DNA from: Eledone cirrhosa
Taxonomy: Eukaryota
Direction of reading: 5' to 3'
DNA length: 64,000 nucleotides
NCBI GenBank assembly: GCA_964016885.1
Contig: OZ024745.1
Location: 80,042,001-80,106,000 of the forward strand
Shown one piece after another: positions 40,270 through 51,995 of this stretch. Every line of letters starts with the position of its first letter. Position 1 is the first letter of the stretch. The notes under the pieces are model-generated. The model made no database searches. It saw nothing but the letters and a program-made list of their open reading frames with translations, and was not told the origin of the DNA. The position numbers were made by a program, and so were the translations under genes.

Positions 40270-42175
40270 ATTGCAACCAGGCAGTTCTTCAATAACTGCC
40301 CACTGGAACCGGCATCCAAGGACTCCAGGCACCTCATTGTCAAGCTTGACATGAGGAATGCCTTTAACTGCATACGCCGGGATCATCTGCTCGATGCCTG
40401 CCTCAGCCGAGACCCCTCCACCTACCCGCTGGCCTACTTGTCATATGGAGCCCTGAGCATGCTCCTTGCTGCTGATACGGTCATACCTTCGGCCACTGGG
40501 GCCAACAGGGCGACCCTTTTGGCCTCTCCTGTTTGCCCTCGGTATAGACCACATTGCCCAGAGTATCACGGCCCCTCTCAACGTTTGGTACCTGGATGAT
40601 GCTACGCTGGGTGGACTCGTGGAGACTGTCTGCCATGACCTTCAATCGGTGGTTCCTGCCCTGGCGGGAATCAGCCTCCAGGTCAACTCATCCAAGTCCG
40701 AGGTGGTGAATGTCAGCCATGAGGCTGAGAGCTTTGCAGCCTCCGCCTCGGACGTGTGGTGCATTCTCCACCAGGTACAGGTGACCCCAAAGAGGATGTC
40801 CTTATCCTCGGGTCACCGATCCACTCGCCGGCCATCCGCTCCACCATCAGGTCTAGACTCCAACAACTCCAGACCCTCATGAGGTGATTGGGCTTGATCG
40901 ACGGCCACCCAGCTCTCTTCCTGTTGAGGAACTGCTTCGCCATGCCGAAGCTCCTCTACACCCTTCGTAGCGCTCCATGCTACAGCCACGCATCTCTCCT
41001 CGCTGATCTCAATACTTGTATCCAAGCGGCAGCTGAGGAGATATGCAACGTCAGGTTTGACGACATTGGATGGCAACAGGCCTGTCACATATGGTGGCCT
41101 TGGCCTCCAGTCCCCAATCTTGCTGGCTTTGCCGGCATTTCTTTCATCGGAAACCTCATGCCACATCCTCGTCAGCAGGGTTCTCCAAAACACAACAGAA
41201 CCCTCTGTGCTCAGGGAACATGAGGTCACCTGTGAGACGTGGGACAGGCTGGGACTTAGCCCAGTAGACGTCCCTCCTCCTTCTCCCCTTGCTGACACCA
41301 AGTCCCCCCAAAGCGTATGGGATGCCATCAAGTGCAGCCTGGCCTCAGCTTGACCAGCACCGCCTTGCCTGTTTTTGCGTGTCCTCAGTGGTGTCCACAG
41401 TGGTGCCTGGCTCTGTGTCTTGCCCTCTATCTCCACTGGCATGCAGCTGGATAACGATAGCCTGCACATTGGCGTTTCCTTGAGGCTTAGATTCCGGATC
41501 TGCAAGCCACATAAATGTCACTGTGGAACCACTGTGGACACTTTCGGCCTCCACCTGCTTTCCTGTCGCCACAGTGCTAGCCACCTTCCACGCCATGCTG
41601 CCCTCAACGAGGTCATTAAGCATGGCTTGGACACTGCAGGCTTCCCCTCCCAGCTCGAACTGGTGGGGCTGGACCGAGAGGATGGCAAAAGGCCAGACAG
41701 TATGACCATCTTCCCGTTCCGCGGTGGCAAACCCCTCGTCTGGGATGCCACTTGCAGCAACATGTTCTCCAGCCGTAACCTGGTACAGTCTGTGACTAAC
41801 CCAGGTACTGCTGCACGTTGGGCTGAGGATGCCAAACTCTCCAAGTACCGGTCGCTCTCTGACAGGTTCGCGGTCGTGCCTTTGGCAGTGGAGATTTCTG
41901 GTGTCCTTGGCCCTAGGGCTACCTCCCTATTCACCACCATAGGCGCTGAGCTGGCCAGCCGCTCGTGTGAGCCTCACGAGTTGGAGTGGCTCTTCCAGCA
42001 CATCTCCCTTACCATCCTCCGGGGAAATGCCTTCTCCATCCTGTCTGCCGGAGCTGTGGGGATGCCAGCACGTGGGACTCCATTTGCTCACCATAGAGAT
42101 TAATAGGCAAAGTTATAAACTATTGTAAATAAACCTATTTACGTTTATTAAAAACAACAAAAAGAGAAGAAAAAA
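40270..42175 (+). mobile_element. CRE-clade LINE, 5'-truncated and frameshifted
   Basis: KLDMRNAFN, PLLFALG, WYLDD, CHCG..HLLSC..RHAALNE..DGKRPD..LVWDATC; A-rich tail. A related 3' fragment lies at about 48800-48985(-). Confidence 0.85.
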
Positions 42176-42214
42176 AATCATATAGTTTTCACTGGAACAA
42201 TCTCTCTTGTCTCC

Positions 42215-42402
42215 CTTTTGACTGATTGTACCTGTGGCACATCGAAAGTGCAACTCCAATAACTGATTGCACCAGTGACACATCTATAGTGGTACCCCAA
42301 TGACTGGCTGCACCAGTGGCACATCTATAGTGCCACTCCAATGACAGGCTGCACTATTCACACATCTAGAGTGGGACTCCAATGACTGATTGCACCAGTG
42401 GC
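42215..42402 (+). repeat. 41-bp minisatellite, about 4.5 copies
   Basis: Unit approximately CAATGACTGATTGCACCAGTGGCACATCTATAGTGCCACTC. Confidence 0.85.
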
Positions 42403-43469
42403 AGGAACTTGATTATTGGTTGATTTTGAGTTCAATGCAAATTAAAAATAAAGGAGTGAAAATAAAAGTAAAGTGAAACAAAAGAAAACAACTGTTCATA
42501 TTTATTAGTTAAGAGTTTGATAATGATAGCGAGCCCAGCTTCCCATCTTTATCATGCTCCACTTTCTTTTTCTATTGAAAAAGGAATGTTAACCGTGAAA
42601 TATATGGTAAAAATAATAAACTGTTGTATTGTTTCATCTTACTTTACTCATTTTTCACTACTTTATTTCTAACTGGCATTGTACTGACTTTAAAAAACAA
42701 TTCCAAACCTCTTTTACATTCTTCCTTTTGTTTTCTCTTTTTATTAAACTCCAGTAATCTTGTTTTGTATGCCAAAATTGTATGTGGCAACAGCTTTGGG
42801 GCAAAGAACTGGCACTTTTCTGTGCTGCTTAGCATCAAAGCACAGTATCTTTGTGGGTGGAGAACTGATGAAGAAAGAGGTGACAATATAAGATTTCACT
42901 GTCCCTCTACATTAGACTGACAATGAATGCATCTGTTGTTCACCACAATGGATTCCCCTTTACTCGTTTATTTATATTGTGTAATGAACACAATTATAAT
43001 CAACACAATTATATGTAATAAGTATTTTATTTATATTATGGAATGATATTAACTTGTGTTGACAGGTAAGTTGTCTGGCCTAAAGTGAGGAGATGTGTAT
43101 CCCCAGCCAATGTTTTATTTACAGTACAGCCTCTGTCCCATCAGGCCAGTGAGAGGAAGACCACCAACATTACCTCAATGGCCAAAAGGACCTCTATAGA
43201 AAGATGAAGTGGGTGGACTAGAGCCTGAAAACCATGACCAGATGAGGAAAATGATCATACATTAAGTGAGGGCTAGTCTAGACTGATGTTTTATACACAA
43301 AAATCAGATAGGATTTAGCCTACTCTTGTCTCAATAGTGAGTAAATGTCATTGATGAAGGAGAAAAATACAGAAGCAGCTATCTGGCATTCTCAGTGGCT
43401 AATGAGATAGAAGTGACATAACCACAATTTGAAAAATTCATAGCCAGACTTTTATGTTTATTATACATA

Positions 43470-46400
43470 ATCCGGACTGCCTGGCGCTATAAAAGACAGA
43501 TTCTATGAGACACTGATGCCCACTACCTCCCAAATAACCGACAGTGACTATATAATTATTGCTGGCGACCTAAATGGCCACATTGGACAACATTGTGACG
43601 GCTATGACGGAATCCACGGAGGCTATGGGTTTGGTACTAGAAACGAGGAAGGCTCCAGAATCCTGGAATTCTGTGATGCAAATAACCTAACTATCTGTAA
43701 CACTAACTTCAAAAAACGAGACAATCACTTGATCACCTACAGATCAGGGGAACATACCAGCCAGGTAGATTATATCCTTACCAGAAGACGTGACAGAGTG
43801 TCTGTTGTAAACACTAAATCCCTCCCCCATGAAGAATGCACCTCCCAACATAGACTGATAATTAGCGACCTCATAGTCAGGACGAGACGTACTAGACAGC
43901 AGAAGAGGACTATCCTCAGGAGAAAAATATGGAAGCTAAAGGACCCTACAGCCAGAAATAAATTTAAAAGCATATTACTTGATGCTTTCGACAGTAAGGA
44001 AGAGCAATTAGAGTCGTACAATATAGAAGAACAGTGGGAATTCCTGAAAGCAAACCTGCTGATGGCGGCAGACGAAGTCTGTGGCTGGAGCAGGCCTGTA
44101 GGCAGGAGGAGAGTAACATGGTGGTGGAACAGTAAGGTGGAGGAGTCAATTAAGGCCAAAAAGCAGGCTTGGAAAGTATGGCAGGATGGGGGAAGTAGAG
44201 AAGACTATCAAATTGCCAGGAGGGAAGCTAGGAAACAAGTGTACTTCGCAAGAAGGGAAGCAGAGGAAAGAAAGTTCAAGCATGTTCTACAATGCGAGGA
44301 CCAAAAACGTGAGGTGTTCAGGATTGCTAGGCAATGTGTCAAGGAAAACCGTGATATTGTCGGGGAGAAGTGTGTACTTAATGATGATGGCATACTTGCC
44401 ATCACTGACGTTGATAAGAAGGTAGCTTGGAAGTGCCACTATGAAAGGCTACTAAATGAGGAGAATAGATGGGCGAAAGACAGCCTCCCCCACATCGACC
44501 CAATAGAGGGACCAGCAGTGTTAGTCGAGGGTAGTATAATAAGTAAGGCAATCAAAGATATGAAGACGGGTAAGGCGGCTGGGCCTTCGGAAATAGTTGC
44601 TTAGATGCTGAAAGCCTCTGGAACGGTAGGACACACCATGGTCACACGGATAGTAAACCAAGTCATACACAATGGGGTTGTTCCGAAGGACTGGCGTAGC
44701 AGCATCATCATTAACTGCGACAAGGGTAAAGGAGACGCCCTAGATAGGAGTAACTATAGAGGCATTAAATTAATCGACCAGGTCATGAAGGTCACGGAAA
44801 AAGTAATAGTGCAACTAATCAGAGAGAGAATTGATCTAGATGAAATGCAGTTCGGGTTTGTATCAGGCAAAAGTACCACAGACGCTCTTTTCATTGTACG
44901 ACAACTACAGGAGAAGTACCTAGCTAAAAGTAAACCCCTATACTTAGCTTTTGTCAACTTGGAGAAAGCCTTCGACAGAGTTCCCCGTTCCATTATCTGG
45001 TGGGCTCTTAGAAAACTAGGTGTTGATGAATGGCTTGTGAGAGCTATACAAGCCATGTATAAAGAAACAGTCAGCAAGGTTAGAATTAACAACGAATATA
45101 GTGAAGAGTTTAGCGTAAAAGTTGGTGTTCATCAGGGCTCTGTTCTTAGCCCCTACTATTTATTATTGCCCTTCAGGCTATAACAGTGGAGTTCAAGACC
45201 GGCTGCCCATGGGAACTCCTATACGCAGATGATCTAACGCTCATAGCTGAATCAATGGCCAAGCTAGAGAAGAAATTCCAAACATGGAAGCACGGCCTAG
45301 AATCAAAAGGCCTTAAAATTAACCTGGCTAAGACTAAAGTTCTAGTTTGTAGGAAAGAAAATAAGGCGCCGGTCCCTTCCGGGAAATGGCCATGCTCAGT
45401 GTGTAGGAAAGGCGTAGGTAGAAACTCCATTTCATGTCCCAAATGCAAAGTATGGGTGCATAAAAGATGTAGTGGGATCACAGGTAAGCTAACTAAGAAC
45501 ACAGATTTTACATGTGGCCGGTGCTCTGGTGCAATAAGTAGCAGCAAGTGCCCACAAAATACTAGCTCTTTCAATTGCGCAGAGGGTTCTATAGAAATAG
45601 TGGACAGCTTCCGTTACCTGGGTGACAAAATCAGCAGTGGGGGAGGGTGCTCTGAAAGTACAGTAGCTAGAGTCAGAAATGGATGGAAAAAGTTCAGAGA
45701 GCTTATACCACTATTAGCCGCTAAAGGATTCTCCCTAGAAATGAAAGGTAGGCTGTATGATGCCTGCATACGAACAGCAATGTTGCATGGCAGTGAGACC
45801 TGGGCATTGTGTGCAGAGGATATACGCAGACTAGAGAGAAACGAAGCTTGCATGCTCCGCTGGATGTGTAATAGTAATATACGTGAACGGCAAAGCATAA
45901 ACGAACTAAAGGAAAAATTGGAAATAAGAGGGATCAGATGTTGTTTACTCGAGAGAAGGCTACGTTGGTATGGTCACGTGATGCGCATGAAAGACAACAG
46001 CTGTATAAAAAAAGTGCAGGGCAATAAAGATAGACGGTAGGCAGACCCAGAAAAACCTGGGACGACCTGATAAATTCTGACCTCACACACTTACACCTCT
46101 CCAAGACAATGTCACTGGACCGAGATCTTTGGTGGTACTCAGTAATAGAGAAGACCCGCCTTACCTAAATACAAAGTAAAACCTACTACAGTCAGTAGGC
46201 ATCTCTAACAAAATACACCCCCATCCCACCACCCCAGTCCCATCCACACCACCCCTTTCAATGTAAAGTTATGTTGGTGCCACAACATCCAGGCCGAAAC
46301 AAATGAGATCGTGTAGGTGTCACGACAAAAAAACACACAGTCCACACTGTAATGTGGCCGTGTAGGCAACACGGTAAAAACCTCCCAGCCCCACACTGTA

Positions 46401-46556
46401 AATGTGGTTGGTGTTAGGAAGAGCATCCAGCTGTAGAAAACCCGCCAGACAGTCCTATGCGAGCAAGACAATCACTCTTGCCTCATGTGGGAAAACTCCC
46501 GTCCAAACCCATGCAAGCGTGGAACATGGACGTTAAACGATGATGATGATGATGAT
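43470..46556 (+). mobile_element. 5'-truncated RTE LINE with one premature stop and frameshifts
   Basis: IAGDLNGHIG endonuclease part, RT motifs as in the 53380 copy, TAG at 44602, frameshifts near 45152 and 46010, (GAT)n tail. Confidence 0.93.
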
Positions 46557-46587
46557 ATTGTATATGCTTTTATATACACCCCTATGA

Positions 46588-46724
46588 GGGTTCAGTTTTA
46601 TTCTGAGCACTAGACCCACCAGGACTTAGTTTCATTCTGAGCTCTAGTCCTACCAGAGCTTAGTTTTATTGAGCTCTAATTCCACAACGGCTTAATTTCA
46701 TTCTAAGTTCTAGTCCCACCAGAG
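46588..46724 (+). repeat. About 34-bp minisatellite, 4 copies, just upstream of IAP coding exon 2
   Basis: Unit approximately GCTTAGTTTCATTCTGAGCTCTAGTCCCACCAGA. Confidence 0.8.
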
Positions 46725-46797
46725 TTGTCTTTCTTGATTCTTAAGAAAAATCCTTCAATTTTAAACTGTTTACTTTTGTTTTTCTATTGGCCTACAG

Positions 46798-46979
46798 GAA
46801 AGTCTGATACAGTTATATGTTTTAGCTGTGATGGTGGTTTATGTAATTGGGATGATGATGACCAACCATGGCACGAACATGCTCGGTGGTTTCCAAGGTG
46901 TACTTTTGTACAACAGATGAAAGATTCCCAGTACATCGCATCAGCAAGTATGAGAAATGAAACATCTTCATATAACCAA
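46798..46979 (+). CDS. IAP coding exon 2: C-half of BIR4
   Basis: cctacag|GA joins in phase to give GKSDTVICFSCDGGLCNWDDDDQPWHEHARWFPRCTFV; donor CAA|GTAAGT at 46980. Confidence 0.95.
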
Positions 46980-48493
46980 GTAAGTAAAAATTGTTAGGAA
47001 TGTTTTTTACATTACTTTTACAAAAATTCATTTTAGCTGTTGTCTCATTTTGTTTTGCTCTTTCTTACCTCATACTATTTTTCTCTCATATTTCAAGGCA
47101 TTTGTGATAATAGTTTATTTTTTTACATACAAGGTCAATTTATCAGTTCACTAATATAATTGCAAGGCAGCAATTCATTAAAGTCTCGGATAAAATGCTT
47201 TGCGATATTCATTCTGACCCTCTGCACTCACTCTGAGTTCAAATCCTGCCGAGATCAACTTTGCTTTTCATCTTTTTGAGGTCAATAACTACCAACCCAG
47301 TACTGAAGTCGATTCTACCTCTATATCACTTTCTCACTTCCTCTCTATCACTCTCTCTCCTTCTCTGGGGAAGGGATGGGCTCTGTCAAGTTTAAACAAA
47401 ATGCCCAAAAAATGCCATACGTCATTAAGGCACTTCTGCAATTCCAACAGGAATTATGGGCCCATACAATACAAGAAAGAACTGGCACTTCTCTATGCTG
47501 CTTAACATCATAGCACAGTACCTTTGTGGGTGGAGAACTGATGAAGAAAGAGGTGACAGAATATGAGGTTTCACTATCCCTCTACATCAGACTGACAATG
47601 AATGTGTCTGTTGTTCACTACAATGGATTCCCCTTTACTCACTCATTCAAAAGACACTTCGGAGGAACCCCGTTTTGGCCACTTGTAATCACAATCATAT
47701 TCTCTTTAAATTAATATCTTCCAACAAACATTTATATAAGAACTGTGTTAACTTACTGTCTTAGTAAATACACAATTAATAATTTTAGTAAATCTCTCAA
47801 AATTCTTCATTAATTAATTGAAATACGGTCCTAAAAAGGTTAATATAGGAAGCCCAAAAGAATGTTTAATCAATTGAGATTACACCTTTAAAGTTAAATT
47901 ATTAGCATTCATGAGAATTCTTCTTACGTTGGACTCCAAAATTTAAATTGATTAAAATTTAAATGGGAGTGAATCTAACCTTTAGTAATTATGGTGACAA
48001 TTCTCGTCACATTTTGATCTCCTTGGCCAAGCATAGTCTAACATGTAACTTAACTTTCAGGTCTTATAATGGTTTTTGAGAAGATATGTTAGTAAAACCT
48101 TAACTATAGATAATATAATTGTTTCTACATTTGACACAAGGCCAGCAATTACCCAGTGTATTACTGGTACTTTATTTTATCGACCCCGTAAAGATGAAAG
48201 GCAAAGTTAACCTCGGCGGGATTTGAACTCAGAATGGAAAGGGCCGTAACTCTTTGCATCAAAGCAAGGCGTCCGACCCTCTACCGATACTGCCAATCCA
48301 CCGCCTTAACTATAGATAATATAGATAATATAATTGTTTCTACTTTAGGCACAAGGCCAGCAATTACCCAGTGTATTACTGGTACTTTATTTTATAGATA
48401 ATATAATGAAAGTCTGTGTCATGTGTATGACTATCATTACCACATTACTAACAAATATATTTGTTGAAATTATAACATCTACTTCTTTTAAAG

Positions 48494-48593
48494 GTTGCAA
48501 ACAATGGAATTTCAATTTCACATGATTTTGAATCAACTGAAGAATCAACTACTATTGAAGATGTTACAGCTTTCCCAAATACCCCAGCTTCAA
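48494..48593 (+). CDS. IAP coding exon 3: linker
   Basis: Acceptor cttctttaaaag-like tract; open frame VANNGISISHDFESTEESTTIEDVTAFPNTPAS; phase 0 in and phase 1 out (A|GTAAGA), matching both neighbouring exons. Confidence 0.8.
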
Positions 48594-50403
48594 GTAAGAA
48601 AATACACAAATCTATGTCTGTAAACGTCTTATTGGATTTTTTTTTTTCTCAATAAACCACATTCCATATTTAATATACACATTCATATACATATACATAT
48701 ATATATTTAATTAAATGGATACGAAAAAATAGAAAAGAAAAAAAGAAATCAAGCAAAGAAAGAAAGGGAGAGGGAGTGACAGACTACAAACCCCTGTCTG
48801 AGTAGTATTTTTCAGCTGTGCCCTGCAAACAAAATGGTGAAGGCATTTCCACAGAGAATGGACTGTGACACCTGCTGCAAGAGCCACTGTACCTCATGGG
48901 GCTCCTTCTTCAAGTCGGCTGCAGTCTTTCTAATTTTATGGAAGAAGATGGCAGTTTGGGGGCTGAGGTTACCAGTGCAAATAGGAAGCAGTCTGTCAAG
49001 CCCCATTATTTGTTTATCTTCCCTATTATTTTCATATTATTGCAATGTTTAAGAAAATGTTAGTACTCTTCTTAACAATTAACTACAGAATTCTTTTAAT
49101 ATCAAAATGAAGAGTTTGATGTGTATGTAAGCAATATGAATTTAGATTAAAGATTTTTTTAAATACCATTGGATGGTATTTACAGGAACAGATGAGTCTT
49201 TTGTTCTTCTGATAGGTCATAAAGTAATATAATTAAGACTGCTAATGATAGCTGGGATTTGACAGTGTAGGATTGAAGGACAGAATAAAGACACTTTCTA
49301 CAGATTAGAAATTGTAGTAATCAATAAATGGCCTACGAAAAAAATTAATAAGAACTTCTCTAAAATTCTCTTATAAGTTAATCAGAGAAGGATGGGAAGT
49401 ATCTCCAATATGTATGCAATTGATGTCATCATCATCTCTTAATGTCTATTTTCAATGCTTGCATAGGTTAGATGGGTTGTCACATCATGAGGCTAGACAG
49501 GTCAGGTGACCAAGTCTTGCTCATGTTTCTGGCTTGGTTTCTACAGCTAGATGTCCTTCCTAACGCCAAACACGTTACAGAGTGGACTAGGTGCTTTTTC
49601 ATCATGTCACCAGCATGACCACCTTACAGGGTGGACTGGGTGCTTTTTCATTGTGATACCAACCAATATGACCATCTCACTGTGTAGAGTTGAGTACTTT
49701 TTCATCATGTCACCAGTATGACTACCTTGCAGGGTGGACTGGATGTTTGATGCCTGATGGGAAATGTGCACAGGGAATGAAATTCAAGAGGATAAGAGTA
49801 CTGGGAAGGAAAGATTGCACAAAATATTTAATGTAGAATCTAGAAAGTGCTGAAAGGAAAAAAATATGTCTCCAGTAGATTTAGTTCTACAGAAGTCATG
49901 TACGTGGAGGAGGAGGAAACTATTTTCTGCTGTTAAAAAAACATGAACCTCCATTTGCCATCCCTTAAAAATGCTTTATACATCCTTGAGACAACTTGTG
50001 ATACACCAACCAATCTATGCCATAAAATGTTGACAACTCGTGATAGCTCATTCAATCCATGCCATAAAATTATCATCATCATTATTTTCTGCTTGCATGG
50101 GTTGGATAGGTCTTTTCCAACACAGCATCCCTCCATTTTTCATGGTTGGGCAACTATTTCCTACTGCCAACATATTTATAGAAAGCATAAACATCACAGC
50201 TTCAACTTATGATTTTCCATTTCTGCCTTGAGCAAGCAACAAAACACTTTTCCAGGGCACCACCCTTGGGAGACTGTTAAAGTTACAGAAACAGATAAAA
50301 ACTACACAAAGAAACAGATAAAAACTACACGAAATGGTCAAATGCCATTTTTTTTTTTAAATATGATTTTCTAATAAAGTTTTAATTCTGTTTTAAATTT
50401 TAG

Positions 50404-50538
50404 ATACTCTACCCAAACCCCAAAATTTTAAATATACACCTTCATCTATGGATACACCTCCAGTTCTGGCTGTTTTATCTATGGGTTATAAACCAAATAT
50501 AGTCAAAAGAGTAGTGAAAAATAGAATCAAAGAAACAG
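50404..50538 (+). CDS. IAP coding exon 4: N-part of UBA domain
   Basis: ttttag| then ..MDTPPVLAVLSMGYKPNIVKRVVKNRIKETG (IAP-type UBA with MGY loop); donor G|GTAAAT; phases consistent. Confidence 0.88.
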
Positions 50539-50635
50539 GTAAATTTACTTATAGTTTTGTTTTTTAATTATTTTCAATATACAAAATAAAGCTATCCAAT
50601 ATTTGTGTTTAATTTATTATCATAACCATCAATGT

Positions 50636-50670
<35 letters not shown>

Positions 50671-50871
50671 TAATAATTGTTTCTACTTTAGGCACAAGGT
50701 CTGCAACTACCCAGTGCCTTACTGGTACTTTATTTTATCGACCCCGTAAGGATGAAAGGCAAAGTCAACCTCGGCGGGATTTGAACTCAGATCGTAAAGG
50801 GACGTAACTATGCTGGAAAGCATGGCGTCCGACCCTCTACCGATACTACCAATGATAATAATAATAATAAT

Positions 50872-51995
50872 AATGAGATGGAATGTTGCTGAACAAAAAG
50901 AAATGGATAGGAAGACTAGGAAGCTATTGACTATCTACAACATGTTCCACAAGAGGAGTGATGTCGATAGACTCTACCTAAGGAGATCTTATCAAAGAGG
51001 TCTTATCAGCATAGAGGACTGTGTTCAGATGGAGAAAAACAACCTACACAAATACGTGACTGATAGTAAGGAGCCAATGCTCAGAATTGTACTGAAGGAG
51101 AGGACAATAGACCAGGGGATGTCCAAGGAGGAAATAACAACAAGGAGAAAGAGCAGCCTTCATGAAAAATCCCTTCATAGTACCTTCTTTGAGAAAACTG
51201 AATTCAGAGATCCACAGACATGGAACTGGTTGAAAAGAGGAGACCTTAAAAAGGCAACAGAAGGAATGCTAATGGCTGCGCAAGAGCAGGCTCTCAAAAC
51301 GAAGTGGTTGAAACACCATATTTACAAGGAGGAGGCTAGCCCATCTGTGGGGAGAGAGAGGAGACTGTGGCTCACATTGTATCCGAGTGTAAACACCTAG
51401 CCCAGACTCACTATAAGGGCTGGAGACATGATGTGATGGGCAGGGTGATCCACTGGCACCTATGCAAAGTAAACAATTTACCACATTCTGAGAAGTGGTA
51501 TGAGCATAAGCCAGAGTCGGTGATAGAAAACGATCAGGTGAAGGTGCTGTGGGATTTTAGGATACAGACGGACAAGACACTAGAACACAATAGACCTGAC
51601 CTGGTAGTTTTGGACAAGGAAAAAAGATCGTGCCTGATTGTGGATGTGGCCTGCCCATTCGACACGAGAGTGCAAGAGAAGGAGAAGGAGAAAATTAACC
51701 GATACCAGGACTTAAAGTGGGAGGTAAAAAGGATTTGGAACTGCCATGAAGTCAAAGTGGTCCCGATTGTCATAGGCACACTAGGTACTATCTCAAAAAG
51801 TTTCCAGGGATGGTTAAAGAAAATTGGCCCCTTCACGCTTTTTGGAACGCTTCAAAAGGCATGCTTGCTGGGAACAGCAAGAACCCTCCGATACGTCCTG
51901 AATATCTGAGGCTGCAGGTAGTGGCTTGATATTCATTTCAACAAACTTCCCAGTTAACTAACATCAATGACTGAGACTCAAAGAACAATAATAAT
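50872..51995 (+). mobile_element. R4-clade (Dong-like) LINE 3' fragment with restriction-like endonuclease
   Basis: AAQEQAL, HIVSEC..RHD, WDFRIQTD..HNRPDLVV..IVDVACP..KEKEKINRY..PIVIGTLG; flanked by (TAA)n. Confidence 0.88.

Noticed and set aside
42215-42402. CRISPR-like array (also 46588-46724)
   Set aside because: Contiguous tandem units with no unique spacers, no cas genes, eukaryotic context.
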